64,000 nt of DNA, from the NCBI RefSeq assembly GCF_009914755.1, contig NC_060934.1; one strand, written 5' to 3'. Position numbers and translations under genes: made by a program. Shown here piece by piece: positions 42,251 to 60,300 of this stretch. Below the pieces are notes generated by a model. It saw only the letters and a list, made by a program, of their open reading frames with translations, was not told where the DNA came from and ran no database searches. Source of the DNA: the human T2T-CHM13v2.0 reference genome, Homo sapiens. Positions within the stretch are counted from its first letter, which is position 1. Each line of letters opens with the position of its first letter.

Positions 42251-43593
42251 CGGTCTGTTCCTGCACTCTCCAGTGGTCCCCTATGTTCAAACACTCCGCT
42301 TAGCAAGCTTCATCACCCAACACCTGGACCTAATCACTCTGCAGGGTCTCTCACTGCAGTCATTTCTCAGGGTTACTGACATGCTAGTCTCTGCTAAGAT
42401 GCTCACCTCTTCACCTTCCCTTAGTGACTGGCTGCTCTGGTTGATATTGTCTTTCCCTTCCTCCCAGAAACCCTCCCTCATTACCTCCCTTTCCCTAACA
42501 GTTGCAGCTCCTTGAGGTCAGGGCCTGTCTCTTCCACCATGGTGATAACCTGCATATGTTGGCTGCTGCATAAATTCTAACTGTATCAAATCTAGGACCC
42601 AACCTGCACAGTTAAGGGATTTACCTTGGGAATCTTCCCAATCTTCTTGCTAACATGGGCTACTTTTATTATAAAATTTCACAGTTGCCATTTTTGTCAT
42701 TTTATGTCGAAAAGATGGTTTTAGCAACGACTAGGGAAGGGCACGTAAGAGTCCAGCATGGCACATGATCCAGTTCAGATGAACTTAAATGGAGCCTGCT
42801 GGAGGCTTTGTGGGATGAGACCCCATTGTCCTCCTAGTTTTCTTCCTGAAAGATTATGGAGTCTATTCACTAAACACTTCTAACTATCTTTTATATTTTT
42901 TTTCAGTGGGAACATGAGACTTTTGAAAAAACACAGGTGATGAAACTATGTGCTCTTTTAGCCAATACAATGTGGGAAGTTTTTCTGTTGGTTAAAATAA
43001 TTCAGGTGCTTACAGGTAGCTTGGTGTGAATGTGGCCACAGACTCTCAGTTTGGGTCCTCTTGTCTGTCTTCCACCTTCCAAGGCCAGCACACCATTCCT
43101 GAAGCCCAGCCTCACACCCTGGAGTTTATCCCTCATCCTTTGAGAACCCAAAGACAAACAGCCTTGCCAACGCACTAGTGCCTTCTCTCACCTCAACTGT
43201 AAAGTGGCCATGGGGTCTTCACCAGCAGCTGGGGAAGATGCTCCAGAAACTGGCCCTGATAGCTTTGCCCTGTAACTTGACTGGGTTGCAAACATTGTGG
43301 GTGAGATAAACATGATCTCTAAGGCTCTTTTTCAGTATTGAAATTACATGTATGTCTGATCACTTTAAAGAAAAATGTGAATTTTTTCTTTATTAAAACA
43401 ATTTTCCTTTGTCCTTATAGATCGTTTGTCATATTTTGCTTCAATCAAGAGTTGGGTCAGACACAACCACTGGGCAGCTGACATGAGATCTGCACATTTG
43501 TTACTAGAAGAGCCAGAAGGCCACCCACTGTTCCTCCTAGTGAATCACTGGTAGAGCAGGTATGGCTTAGAGCCCAGTTTCATGCTTGACTAC

Positions 43594-43957
43594 TGATATG
43601 GTTTGGCTGTGTTCCACCCAAATCTCATCTTGAATTTTAACTCCCACAATTCCCACATGTTGTGGGAGGAACCTGATGGGAGGTAATTGAATCATGGGGG
43701 CAGGTCTTTCCCATGCTGTTCTCATAATAGTGAATAAGTCTCACGAGAGCTGATGGTTTTATAAGGGGAAACCCCTTTCGCTTGACTCTCATTGTCTTCT
43801 CTTTTCTGCTGCCATGTGAGACATGCCTTTCACCTTCTGTCATGATTGTGAGGCCTCCCCAACCACGTGGAACTGTGAGTCCATTAAATCTCTTTCTTTT
43901 ATAAATTGCCCAGTCTTGGGTATGTCTTTATCAGCAGCGTGAAAACAGACTAATACA
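43594..43957 (+). mobile_element. THE1 solo LTR (364 bp)
   Basis: tgatatggtttggctgtgt...cagactaataca, with 5-bp TSD actac (43589-43593 / 43958-43962). Confidence 0.93.
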
Positions 43958-44021
43958 ACTACACAAAAAAGTCAGTGCTTCAAAACAGAAAGAAGCCCCA
44001 CCAGTACATTTGAAATTACAG

Positions 44022-44027
44022 TTTATT
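44022..44027 (-). terminator. Polyadenylation signal of the cathepsin L copy
   Basis: tttatt (AATAAA on the - strand) ~255 nt past the stop codon. Confidence 0.7.
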
Positions 44028-46160
44028 TAAACAGGTAAAATTGTATATATCCTTTTAAAATGAAAATACAAAGTAAGTGAATCAATAATACAAACATGTT
44101 TATAGCAGTAATTAAAATACAGGTAACATTTACCAGTGTGAAAATATCAGAATTCCACTCACACTTGGATCTTCAATGATTGAAGTGTGCATTCAACACA
44201 GCAGGTGCTGGTAGATTGAAGATAAATTCCTCCTTTGGATGTGCCATCCTCAGTCAAGTTCTTCCTCATCACCATCCATCAGCTCACACAGTGGGGTAGC
44301 TGGCTGCTGTGGCAATTCCACAGTTGTTCCTCTGGTCTTTGGCCATCTTTATGTAGCCATCCATGCCCCAGTTTTTACCCCAGCTGAAAGGAGAGCAGGT
44401 TTTCCATTTCAGAGGAAGGATAAAGCACACTGGGTTATTAATTTAAACAGTGAGCCAGAAGCCACAGTGTGCCAGAAGCCACAGCCTTAACATAAAGAAT
44501 CAGGAGATGCTGATGTTCCTGTTCATCCCTTGTAAATTCTTGAGTCAAAACCTGCATATCGCTTCAATCCCAGACCCAAAACTGTGACCTTTCACAGAAC
44601 TGCAAAATCAGAAACAGAAAAAGGATAGGATGTCTTTCCAGCCGATCTACTTCAGAATTAAGAAAATGTTCAGAATTTAGACATGCAATGGGACAAATAC
44701 CATATTAATATCCCCAGCATGCTTGTGACAGTATCTTGATGTTACAATCAATCATTAATATTCTGTGTTCTGCCTAAGGGGGAAAAAGACTTCTGGGATT
44801 TCAGAAATGTGATTAAGGGCTTGTGGTATGTAAATACTGATTGCAAAAAAGGATTCCCTTTTGAATTTCAACTATAAGTCTTTCTGGCAATTTATACCTG
44901 TTCTTCACCAGCCAATATTTATTGTTATCTGAGTCTGCTCCTTCATAGCTGTAGCCAACCACCAGCATAGCATGATCCAGGCCTTCAGGGTCACAGCGTG
45001 GCTCAAAATAAATTCCTGAGAGAATAAAATGAAGGCTGGGTGAGAAGTTCCCAAGGACACCTGACAGTAACCCACCCTGTCACCCACAGGGAGGGAGGCA
45101 TCTCTAAAATCAGTGAAATGACACACAGTCCAGATCGGGCTTAACAAGATCTATTGTTATCAAGGCTAGGGAATTAGGCTCTCATCCACAACTAGCAGAA
45201 ATAGAAATTAGCATAAGTCCCTCATAAAAAAACTTTCCTACAGGCATAAAAGACCACTCATTTTAAGCTTGTAATTCTACTCTAGAATATCAATCTTAAA
45301 AATAGCACAGAACACCAAAATCCTTGACTCAAAAGGCTCTTTTCAGATTTAATCACAGAAGTAAAAATCTTTGGAAAAATTATAAGAATACAACAATTAG
45401 ACAATATTTAAGTAAATTAAACTATACTATAAATAACATAGCTATTTATAAAAAGTTATGAAGTACAGGTATTCATGGAGATACGCTCAATGTAATATCA
45501 AATAGAAGCATTGGGTATGATTATTGCGTGTATAGAGTCCATCATGCTGGTGTGTCATGGTGGTTTACTTTTTTTCTGCAATAATTTCTATGAAGAAAGA
45601 TGCTTACCTTTTTTATAGAACTGGAAGAAGACATGGCTTGCACCAACAGCAACAGAGATGGGCCCCACAGTTGCCACTGCCTTCGCCAGGTCCTTCTCCC
45701 GTGAAGGGATGTCCACAAAACCAGTGTCATTAGCAGCAGAATACTTGGGATTGTACCTACAGGTTTTAACCTTTTAAAGGTGAAGAGGGAGGTGACTTGA
45801 TTACTACCATCCTTCTCCTGGGGAATGTGAGTCAGAACCACAACACTCAGCAGTTTGCAGCATAGAATTTCCAAGTCAACACTGTTACAAATCATCCAAG
45901 GAAGTGAAATGTTATTATTAATAGTTAATTTGAAACTGAAAATTAGCTCAGTTCTCTTCAGTGAGACCCCCAGGTTTACTTTCCGTAAGACATTTTTCAC
46001 AATGGAGACATCTGTATTATATGTAGAATGGTTTGTATATTCTCCATGTCACATAGAAGCAAGAACAGCTGCATGTTAACCATGTAATCACAGAACTGTG
46101 CAAAGGCTATAATTTATAATGACAACACTGTCACTTTGCAGATAGAGATTCCACCATCTA

Positions 46161-46556
<396 letters not shown>

Positions 46557-46966
46557 TTAGCTCATGTAGCTAAATACTCCTTTAAAAAGTGAACTGCATG
46601 TTGCTGCACAGTCTACCATAGCACAAATGTCAATTGCTTCTTGGCTTTCCTGGGGTGATGGGAGGTCTGAACCTAACACAGTCTCACCTGATCCTTCACA
46701 GGAGTCATGTAGCCTTTCTCTCTCCAGTCCACAGATGTGGGGATCTCAAGAAGCAGGCGTTCCTGGAACTGTTTCCCCTTCCTGTGCTTCTGGTATTGAA
46801 AACCATTCATCACCTGCCTGAATTCTTCACTGGTCTTCAAAGAAAAGTAAATAAAATGTTAAGAAGCAAGAGATTAATTTGGTAAAGAACTGAGGAGGGG
46901 AAGCACAGAGCTGGGCAGCCCACAGCATACTTACCATGTCTCCAAAGGCGTTCATGGCCATTGTGA

Positions 46967-47385
<419 letters not shown>

Positions 47386-48359
47386 GATGCTATTTATTTC
47401 TAATTAAAACCCAACATATGCTAACCAAGTGAATCTTCAGACAGAGATGTAAGAGTAACCATGGCCAGGGAAGGCTTGACACTTCTAGGAGATGTTCTCC
47501 AAGCTAAGACACAACAAGGGTGTATGCCCATATCGTGCTCATAATCAGTGCTATTAAGTTATTGCATTAGGTTATTGGTAGGAGCCAGCCTCTAGAAGCC
47601 ACTCTCTGGCCATATGATCCCAATAGCAATGCCCATCTCTCTGGGGTTCCCCTGGACAGTTTCAGATGCCACCAACCATGCCATATAATCTCTTGTGCTT
47701 TGCCTTCCACTTGGTCCATTGTGCGTCTAAACTGTGGTCACGTGTTAGAGCAGCTGAGGCAATTCCCAGGCAAAAGGCAGCCAGGAGGAGTGAAGGATTC
47801 ATGTTTCAAAAATCTAGGAAGGGAAAAGAAATGAGGATCTGATTAGACCGATCCTAAAAAGCCATTTTACTACGCCCTGAGAAACTAGAGCCACCATGGT
47901 AGAATAAAAATATTTAAATTATTCTTCCAAGCATTTACCTAAGGACTGTGGAAGAGGCCAAGGATGTGGCTGGAGAAAAACAGGGCAAGTGGAGGTATTG
48001 GATGGACCCACCAAAATGAAAAGCAGCCTGTCCAGAGCTGTAGGAGTTGAAACAGTTTTATGGGGTGATGATGACAGGCTATGAAAAGGACAGGAAGGTA
48101 CCTGATGGGCGAGAAGCTTAAGGCAACAACCAGGAAACTAGGAAACCGTCGGCCCAGGTTTTGTCCCAATTGTGCTGAGGTCATCCAGGCAAAACCTCAA
48201 GAATGAAGACATCTAATTTCAAGAAGGGACAAAGGGATCCCCAATAATTGGGAAGTCACGTCACACCTTGTTCTTGGCTAATACACAGCAGAAGGTGAAG
48301 TATGTTTTCCAAATGCCCCTTGTAATGAAACAGTTCTTGAATGTCTTCCCAGGACAAAC

Positions 48360-49010
48360 TGGGAAGGAGAGCACCTATCTACCGCCGTTCCCGCGGTCCT
48401 GCAGTCCTGCAGGTGGGCCAGTCCTGCCAACTCTCCAACTCCCCTCGCAGAGCATAAACTGAATCAGGTGGCCGAACCACCGGACGCCAGAGTCCCCAGT
48501 GTCCGCGCCCACACAGGCGTAGGCAGCTTCCCAGGCTTTGGGCTGGGGACCCAGGCCAGGTCCCCTGGCTCTTGCTCCCGCCCTCCGCTCATGCTCACTG
48601 TGGCCCCAGGACGTGGGCGATGTTGCAGGGAGCAAGGGGCGCCTCTGCCTGACTTGCCGGGGTCGAGCCTCCCTGTCCCACCCCACCAGCCCTGGGAATA
48701 CTGCGGCCTGGCACTCCCGAAAATCCCTCACTCACAGAGCTGAAGGACTTGCTGGGTCCCTGGTGGCCCCTGTCCAATCTTAGCCCACTGGGGTCTCAGC
48801 TGCTGTAGCCACAGGTGGACAGGCACAGTGGGCAGGTGCTGGGTCCAGGAGTCTCCTGTCGCCTAAGGCCGCCCGAAAGCAGCTAACTGACCTCTAAAGC
48901 CCCTAGACCCCCCTGCCCCCTTGCCGCCCAGGCAGGCCCGCCCCCACCGCTTGCCCGCTCTGCGATTGGCTGCGCCAGCCGCTGGGCGGGGCCTTCCGGC
49001 GTGCTGACTC
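48360..49010 (-). promoter_or_regulatory. Retained CTSL-type CpG promoter / non-coding first exon region
   Basis: CCAAT (attgg 48965-48969) flanked by GC boxes (cccgcccc ~48937, gggcgggg ~48984) in CpG-rich sequence. Donor-like sites at 48375/48374 and ~48734. The arrangement resembles the TATA-less NF-Y/Sp1 promoter known for CTSL. Confidence 0.65.
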
Positions 49011-49343
49011 CTGGCATGTGGAGCAGCTCAGTCCCCTTGCCTCAGTGGAACCGGGGGAGGGGAGCTGGGGGCTACGAAGAGAAGGGTCGGAGGCCTCCCT
49101 GGAGGGTTCGGATCAACTAAGTACCCTATTTAATGCCCTGGGCAGGTGGTTTATGAAAAGAAATTTACGGGAGCCCTGTGTGCATTTTCAGCCTAACCCT
49201 GCTTTTCCCTTAGGCCTAGAATGTTTGATTAAAATCTCCTGCAGGGCAGAGAGCCAGAGGACTCTAATCCAGTGGTTCCTGTTTAGTCCACAGCAAAGGT
49301 GCGGCCGGTTGGAAGAACGCACAGCCTGCAAGCAGAAGCCTTA

Positions 49344-49680
<337 letters not shown>

Positions 49681-50091
49681 AACTGGTAGGAAAACGCACC
49701 CTCAAAACACATGATGAGATGGTCGAGACTAGACCCTAGGAGGGTGGGGACTGGCTGGGTGGGTATCCAGAGACCATGGGCGTTTCATAATGCATTGTTT
49801 CCAGTCTCCTCCACTCAGCGACTCTTCTTCCCCTGAAGTCTTGCATTAAGTAAGTGAATGAATCAATCATCAAGTTAATGAAGCTCTGACTTTGTACTTG
49901 TCCTTTGCTTGGTACAGTTGGGCACTGCCTTAGAAACAATCTCCAGGTAATTTTCCCAACTGCTTTTGTGAGGCCCAGTTTTCCATTTTAAAATCTAAGA
50001 TTACCTCAGTAATCTTGCTTTTACAGCAAATGGGCATGGAGCCTGACAGATATATTTAAACTAAGTTATGGACAAGCTGCCCGGTGCATTA

Positions 50092-50772
<681 letters not shown>

Positions 50773-51552
50773 GAATATAAATAGAAAATACAGTGATTCA
50801 AATAAGCAATTGTTAGTTCCTCAGATCAGAACTGTGAGTTCTATACTAGACTCTTACATGTTATTTCTTCTGGTGTCTTAGCAATGATTCTGAATAAAGA
50901 TCAGACTCCTTAGTCAGCAGGTGGGACAGTTCTCAATAACAGAAGCTGGGTTCTCAGGGGATCCCGTGGATATGAGGATGAAGGTTAGAAGCACTTGGGA
51001 CCATACCTGCAGGTCTGATTTGAGGACAATGAGACCAAGACAGGAAGGCAGCAACTGCTGAGGGGCTGGGGGTGGGAGAAGGGAGGAAACAGGACACAAG
51101 AAAATAAGTATAAACCACCAGACTGCAGTCAGTGATCAACAAAATTCCCAAGTTTATATTGAGAAGATTTCCCTGGTTTGGGGTTTTGAAGAGATTATAT
51201 AAGGGACTCGGGTTGCTTGATTTTTCTCATTCTTTTTCTTTTAACTTGGTCTCAATTTTTTTGTAAAAAAAAAAAAAAAAGAATGTCTTATGTGCGCCTT
51301 TAGAACTGGTGAATGAATGAACCTCCCTTTTTAAATAACTGAGATTGTCACTGAAGCACTGTCATCCGATTTAGGCTTAAAAATCTGACACTGAATTTAT
51401 CCTAGGTGATAAAGTGCAAGTCTCTTGTCTCCTAGAAATGATCAGGCAAGGAAACACCCAGGAGGCCCAGGGCAAAATGCCCTCCTGGAAGCTGGTGGGG
51501 TAGGAAGATGCTGAGGCCCAGTATGGTCCCTGGAGCATGCATTCTGTGTGGT

Positions 51553-52005
51553 GACAGAAATTGTTTGCTTGACCATACATTAGTCAGGCTTCTGAACCTT
51601 CTGATAAACGCATCTGTGCACTTTTTGTAAAATTCAGTTTTAGCAAATTACCCTGCTAAGTCAGTTTAGCTGGCAGGAATCCCCGTCCACCATATACTGA
51701 TCAGGGTCCTCATCCCCCACCATCCCGCAGCTGATGTCAGATAACCTTGGCCTGTGCTCAGCGAGAATCTCGTTAGGTCAGTTTAGCCAGAATCCTCCCT
51801 TACCCTTGATGTTCCCTCGTAGTCATTTCCTATCTGCTAACCCCCATCCTCCTCCTTGACTATAATTCCCACTTCCTTGTGCTGGATTCAGAGTTGAGCA
51901 CAATTGCTCTCTCCCACTGTAAGAACTACTTGCAGTGCTCCTAGACCTACATATGTGAACCTGTTTCTTTAACAGTGACTCACCTGTCTTTTTCTCCTTT
52001 CAACT
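51553..52005 (+). mobile_element. MER31-like ERV1 LTR
   Basis: cttgaccatacattagtcaggct, cagttttagcaa..ctgctaagtcagtttagc, cctcatcccccaccatcc, ggtcagtttagccagaatcc. Confidence 0.7.
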
Positions 52006-52337
52006 TGATACTAGCTGAGGCTTATCCGCATCAAAGTGGAGGGACTGGCCCCGGGGGATCCTCAGGGCTTCACCTTGATGGCCTGCAGGCTCACATTCCA
52101 CTTTTTCTGGTGCCTTCTGGCTCCCAGAGTCCAGTTTGCCAAACAAGTGATGGAGGTTGGAAGGAGGGATGAGGTGACAGAGGTGAAGGAGGGTAAATTC
52201 TTTTCTAAGCCCTACTTGCCTGACATGCATTTAGGTTTTTAGAAAGGAACGTGACCCCACCCTTTATTTTGTATCTCCCACTTCCATGACCAGCCTTACC
52301 TGTAAAAATGGGGCATAGAAGAGCCCCCATCTCCTAG

Positions 52338-52700
<363 letters not shown>

Positions 52701-54139
52701 AATAATTCCTGGAAATGGATTAGCTTGCTGACAAGAGTTATTCCATTGTGTGTTTCTACCTGCAATACCTGAGGATGCCCATTTTCTCACGATTTATAAA
52801 CTAACTCATTTTATAGACGTAATTTTCATACATTTGGGGGTATCATTCTAACTTCATTATTATTACTTCAAGGTGTTATTATCTCCCCGTCATCATCATG
52901 GTCATTATCATAACTAGTTGGTGCTGACAGTAGTCACCCTGCATTGAGAACTCATGCTCCAGGCCCTTTCCACATAGACTTGATTTAATTCCATTCACTC
53001 CTCACAACAATCGTCTGAAAGAAAGACTCACTAAGCCATTGTATAATTGAAACACAAGAGGTGAGTGACTTGTGTGCCCTTGGGCAGGTAATTTAAACAC
53101 TCTGTGCCCCCAAGTTCCAATAGATAAATGTAAATAATAATATCTTTCTTACCTAATACATGGGGTCAACAGTTAAAGTACTGTACATTTGTGAGGTATT
53201 TCATGGCACCTGTGAATTGCTCATGTGATGACATAGTGTGCTTCCAGTGTCAGTGTGCTGGGAAGGAGACAGAATAGGAAGAAGACTGAAAAGATGCCGA
53301 GTCTAGTGCAGGGTATCCTGGGGAAAACACCTCCTGTTTGTCCAAGAGCGATTGGCCACACATTGAAGACACACTACCTGCCTGTGAACTGGGGTGGCCC
53401 TGTTGAAATCTTGTGGAAAGCTTGAGATGCTCCTTAGAGGGTGTTTATCCCTCGAGCTGGCACAAATGCAGTTTGTTGTTCAGTTTTTCCTTCTACTCTG
53501 CCTCTATCTGGTACAAAATGGAATTGAAGAGTATATAAACCAGCAAGGAACAATCTGAAATCAGAATGGTGACAATGGAAGAAAGTAATCTTGGTTCAAC
53601 CCAATGTTCACCTGAAGTCTCTTTATTAAAGACTACTAACAGGAACAAAATTGCATAATAATCTTCCTATGATAATTTCAAGTTCCAGAATTTCTCTACG
53701 GAACTTTCAAATTTCACCTCTGTTAACTCATGGAATTTTCCCTAGAATCTGCAAATTACCGAAGTCTTTGGAGGTTTGATGATCACTCACTGGTCAGCGG
53801 TACTATAAAAGGATTCTGGGGAGTTTGACTCAGTGGTCAGCAAAGGCTCTTCCGAATCTTCAGTCTGATTCTGAGATTCCCCGGGGAGAACTGGAGGCTT
53901 TCTTAACAGCTCTTGATTGGAAAGACCACCTGCTTCATCCTCTATTGCAACAGAAATAGCCATTGTGAAGCTCCATGGGGAGGCACAATGAGTTTTTCCT
54001 AGCATGTGTGACTCAGGTCATTTTGTTCTGTGGTTTCCAGTTGTGGGGACTTGGCAAGGTCACACCCTCCCCTGAGCCTCAGTTTCATCACTCAGAAAAT
54101 GAGGATAACAATTCTACTTGCCTCATAGGATTGTTGTGA

Positions 54140-54593
<454 letters not shown>

Positions 54594-55373
54594 CTTGCTT
54601 ACTTTCGTACTTCCCATGAGGCAGGTTACCAAATTGGTGAAATTAACCATAACGTCATTGTGGTGGGCAAGCAGATATATTAAAAGCAAAGATACAGCAG
54701 GTTAACATTAAATTTTGCTCATCCCAGGACAAACCTGGCCACAGGAGGCCTTTGCCAGTATTCTGAAAAGTGTTGTGACCATCTCCTTTAAAGCTCAGTT
54801 AAAGGTTTCTGGCTGGACTCCAGGCTGCTTCAAGCTCTTTGCTTGTCTTTATCATTCTTTAAGGAGGGACCCAGACACAGTGTGCAGAGGCCTGAATCCT
54901 CCAGACCATTCTCTCTCCACCATGAGTCCTGCCGTGGGGACCTTTCCGGCTCCCTTTGGCCTTATGAGCCAGAAAATCAGGCTAGAGCCTAAAGAGAACA
55001 GAAATTTCATAATCAGGCCTGTTCTGTGACTGTATGGGGGAGCTGAAGGACACAATGGGCTTTCTATATTGGAGACTACCCATCATACTCTCTCTGACCA
55101 GGGAGAAAGGACAGATGCTGTGTGATTTTGCAGTCTGTGATTTGGCTTCTTATTCTCGCTGCTCTCTACACCTCATTATTTACTTCACTCCCCTGAAAAA
55201 AATGCTCCCTAACAGGCTCAGTACCCAACTTCTGGGTATTGCTGCCCACATTTGCCTTGGTTCTACCTTTTCAGATTGCAGGATCCTGAGGTTTTGCTTG
55301 GAGCAACTCAGATTCTCCACTAGATCTAAGATCTCACCTAGTCCTGAGGATTTCCTTAAAGGGAAGGGGAAAT

Positions 55374-55413
<40 letters not shown>

Positions 55414-55425
55414 CAGACAGATAGT
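55374..55425. repeat. (GATA)n/(GACA)n tetranucleotide STR
   Basis: About 9 AGAT units followed by AGAC x2 and AGAT. Confidence 0.93.
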
Positions 55426-56866
55426 TGCTGCCTTTGCTCTACAGCATCTGCTTGGTGAAGAGGCTCAGGATCTGGATCCTGGCCTCTCAGCTCTCAGGAA
55501 CCCCATTCCCCCCTGACAGGGGTGGCAAGTTCATCCTATTATTCATTAAGAAATTTGAAAACAATCATTCAGGAATTTTAGGTCAAGAGCTGGAAAACCC
55601 CAAGCCTCCGTCACCTGAGCAAAGGGAGATACTGTGAGAACCTGCAGGATACACCCATGTTCCACCACCTGCCCGAAGAAGCCTGTGGTTCTTGTCAGCT
55701 TCTCAAGGGTGAAGCGCAGATCATTTTCTGCTTGAGCAGAAGAGCAGACCAAAGAGCTCATTGACTCAAGGAGCATCACGGCAACTGAGCTGCACCTGGA
55801 AGAGAAGAATCCAGGGTGTGATCCATAGCCAAGGCCTGAAGCAATGGGGCCCATACTTGGCCTCTCCAGGGTGAGTTGTGACCCAAGTGCTGGGCTTTAG
55901 CCCATGAGTGGTCCCTCTTGCCATTTTGTTTCCTCCCAAAGAGAAGCCAGTGTTGGTGATTTCATTTCTCATAATCTCCTTAGGAGCACAGGTTTTGGTT
56001 TGTGCCTTTTTTGGATCAGGTTCCCTGCATTGCAGCTGCTATAATTAAAACTATTAACAACAACACAGCACCACAGAAGCAAGTTAGTTGCTAATGGAAT
56101 TTGCTGATAATGCTATCTTCTAGAGACCACTCTAGTAACTGGAGAGCCTTGGTGTAGAGCTGATGATAAAACCTGTTCCTGCTTTTGTCAGCCATGAGGA
56201 GCATTTCCTTTCTAGACAGAGGAACTGAAACCCACATGCCAGCCCAAATTTACCAAAAGCAGTCACTGGAATACTCATCACACCATCATGTCTCATCTTA
56301 TCCCTTTCGTTACCTTCAAATACGGCCCCATTTCCTCAGGACCAGAACTCCCTTATGTGGGCAGCAGGACTAAGGCCCTTGAGTTACCTGTAGTGACTCC
56401 TCATCAAATGGAGGAATGTGCCAGTATTTTCGGCAAAACATGAATCTGATGAAACACTGACTGAACTGTCTCCTAGTTTCAAAACAAATTATTACCACTT
56501 AGGGCCTCTATTTAGGGCAATCAGAGTCAGAAGTGGGAACGCATCTTGTCCTCCTACCTTGATTAACAGTAACTCTAGTTGCAGGATGATGGTCAAATCC
56601 TCTCTCCTCTAATGTGCAGTTGTGAAGGATTTAGGCTCCACTGCTCCTGCATTTGGGTGGGGCCTGAATCACTTTCAGTCTAGCACAGGCGGGTCACTTC
56701 AGGCCTTCCCACCTCCATCAGCATCCTTCAATCCTCCCCTGACATCTCTCATTTATGCTTCCTATTGATTCAGAGATCCCATCCCGAGTGGCTAAAAGAA
56801 ACATTCATTAACCTTTCTACAAAGTCATGAATAATCCATGGATTACATTGAATTCATCCCTACTAA

Positions 56867-57213
<347 letters not shown>

Positions 57214-57371
57214 AAGTATTCTATTCTTAATGAACACATATATGCATAATATATCTATTTTTTATAATATATATATTTAGAATTGAATGTCAGAGTACAT
57301 ATCAGTGTTGGAGGAAGGGAATAAGGAGGAAGCACAGAAAGTAAAAAGGAAAAATAGGCACCAAAAAAGAT

Positions 57372-60300
57372 TTGGAGAATGGCAGATGGCCAAGGAGATG
57401 CAGCTGGGAAGTGCCTCTTCCATGGAGAGGAACATAATATCTAGTAAACCTTCACATTTTAAACAGATCTTTTGAGAGAAAACACTGAAAGTTGACACAG
57501 AGGTGACACAGACACCATGGTTGAAGAGGGAAGAAATGGGGCAGTCTGCTCAGAGTCACTAGACACCAGGACTGGCCCATATACCCTGAACAAACCCAAG
57601 GAAGGGGTGAGTGAAGAAACCCTGGGACACTACATACCCATAATGTATCTCTGAGATCCTAGTTACAGGAGTTTCTACGACCCTCATAGATCTTTGGACT
57701 GGTAGGAGAGCTGCCTCGAGCACATGCAGAGGCACAGTTTGAACCCACACAGAGCCCAGAAGGCTTTGTTGTGCTGTGCAGCTGCAGCAAAATGCAACCC
57801 TAGGTGCCCATCCCACAAGTCTCCATTTCATACTGAGTGGCTAAGTTCCTGCTGTCTGCCAGGCTGGGAGTGAACCACGCCTGGCCGGCTCACATGCCCA
57901 AGATAGGCCCCATCACCAATGCTGTGTGATTAAGTTGCATCTGGTCCACATGCCCCCTTGCCTGTCAACCCCTTCCCAGACCTCATGCCTGGTCACGCCT
58001 GCAAGAGGGTGTCCACAGCACAGCATCCACTGCATAGCTTGAGTGTTTTGTTGACAGCCTGGGAAAAGCTCACCACCCTGTCCCCAAATCACAGCCAGTG
58101 CTTGAAGCTTAGAGGCCAGAGGACAAATCCGTGAGCCCAGTCCCAACTCCCCAAGACTCAAGTATACCACCCAGGGACATTGAGCTGAGATTTGTAACCT
58201 AATCTCAAGTGAAGGAGGATCCTCCATAGTCAGAATGCAGAGAAGGGTGTGGTATGGGTTCTCATGGGGGCATGGGAGCTGGACGCCCCTCCCTTTGCAA
58301 GACCAGACCATGAAGGGTATGGCCTGATGGTGGTAGCTTCTTTCCCAGGGAGTGTCCTTGCACAGAATGCCTGGAGCAGCTCAACAATGTGGGAGCAGAT
58401 AGCTTGGGGAAAGCCTAGTTGGTTGGGCTTGCCGCCAGGGCGAGTGTCTGTGGGAGATCTGCTGGGTCAGGGGAGTGTAAGCTAGGCAGACTCCATGGTT
58501 GCCTGCTGGGCTGAAAATCATGGGCTGCAGACTCCATACTGGTGTTGCACCCATTGTGCCACTGCCCTGCCTGGAGATCCTCTACCCTTGAAATACTGCA
58601 TCATCAGAGCAACTGCAGACATACCCTAAAACCTGCTCTGACTTTGGTAAGCACAGTGGACTGGTGGGTCTCTGGAGAGTTGTGTGTCCCTAGAGATGTA
58701 ATCCTCAGTGTGGACCATCCCTAGGGGAAGGGGGAGTGCAGCCTGCCAAAGCACAACATGAGACAAAGAAAATGCGACCATGGCATAAGCCACTGAAAGG
58801 AGCACCACCAAGGCCCAGAACCAGACTTGGAGAAGGAATTATGTCTCACCTCCATCTCCCCTCCCCAGTGCACTGTTGCAGATGCAAAAATAGCTCTTCC
58901 CATAGGGGCCCAGAAAGCATGCACTGAAAGAAGTTGTTTCTCATGATTCTCCAGTGAGGGCAAGCATGCACCAAGACCCCACCTGCCAGCTCTTACTCTT
59001 AAGTCCATCTACCAGATTGAAGTTTGAGTTATACCATCATATAAAAATACATTGCTAAAACAAGCAACATCTGTGAAAGCCACTGCAGCAACCTATCTGT
59101 AACCAAGGAACATATATGGAAACTTCACCGTCTGCAACTACCCAGAAATGAAGCCAATCAATCACATACACCACAGTCATACTTTCAAAGAGAATAAAAA
59201 ATATAAAAGCCCTGTGATGGTTAATACTGAGTGTCAACTTGATTGTATTAAAGGGTGCAAAATATTGTTCCCGGGTGTGTTTGGAGGGTGTTGCCAAAGG
59301 AGATTAACATTTGAGTCTGGACTAGGAGAGGCAGAACCACCCTCAATCTGGGTGGGCACCATCTAATCAGCTGCCAGCATGGCTAGGACAAAGCAGGCAG
59401 GAGAAGGCAGAAGAGCAGACTTGCTGAGTCTCCTGGCTTTCATCTTTATCCTGTGCTGGATGCTTCCAGTTCTTCAGCTTTTGGACTCTTGGACTTACAC
59501 CAGTGGTTTGCCAGGGGCTCTCGGGCCTTCAGCCACAGACTGAAGGCTGCACTGTCAGCTTCCCTACTTTTGAGGTTTTGGGACTCGAACTGGCTTCCCT
59601 GCTCCTCAGCTTGCAGATGGCTTATTGTGGGACTTTACCTTGTGATCATGTGAGTCAATGATCCTTAATAAACTCCCCTTCAAATGTACATCTATCCTAT
59701 TACGTCGGTACCTATAGAGAACTCTGACTAATACAAACCCCATCTAAATGAATCAAATTCAAAAAAGAAGTGTCAACTCCCGCAGATGGAAAGGAATAAG
59801 CACAAGAAGTCTGGCAATACACAGAGCCAGAGTGTTTTGTGATCTCCAAAGCCTCTCACTAGCTCCCTAGGAAAGGATCCTGACCAGATGTAAATGTCTG
59901 AAATGAGACACATAGAACTCAGAAGATGGATGTCAAGGAAAGTCAATGAGACATAAGACAAAATAGAAATCCAATGCAAAGAAACCAGAAAAACAGTCCA
60001 AGATTTGAAAGACAACATAGTTATATTAAGAAAGAGCCAAACTGAAGTTCTGGAACTGAAAAATTCACTAAATAAATTTCAAAATATAGTTGGGAGACTT
60101 AAAAACAGACTAGGCCAAGCAGAAGGAAACATTTCAAAGCTTGAAGACTGATTCTTCAAATTAACCCAGTCATGCAAAAATAAAGAAAAAATATTTTTTA
60201 AAAAGACAAAGCCTTCAAGAAATATGGGATCATGTAAAGAAACCAATTCTACCACGTATTGGTATTCCTGAGAGGAAAGAAAGAGTAACCAACTTGGAAA

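Noticed and set aside
41865-42515. 216-aa ATG ORF
   Set aside because: Largely overlaps an old MaLR LTR with tandem duplications and has no recognisable domain.
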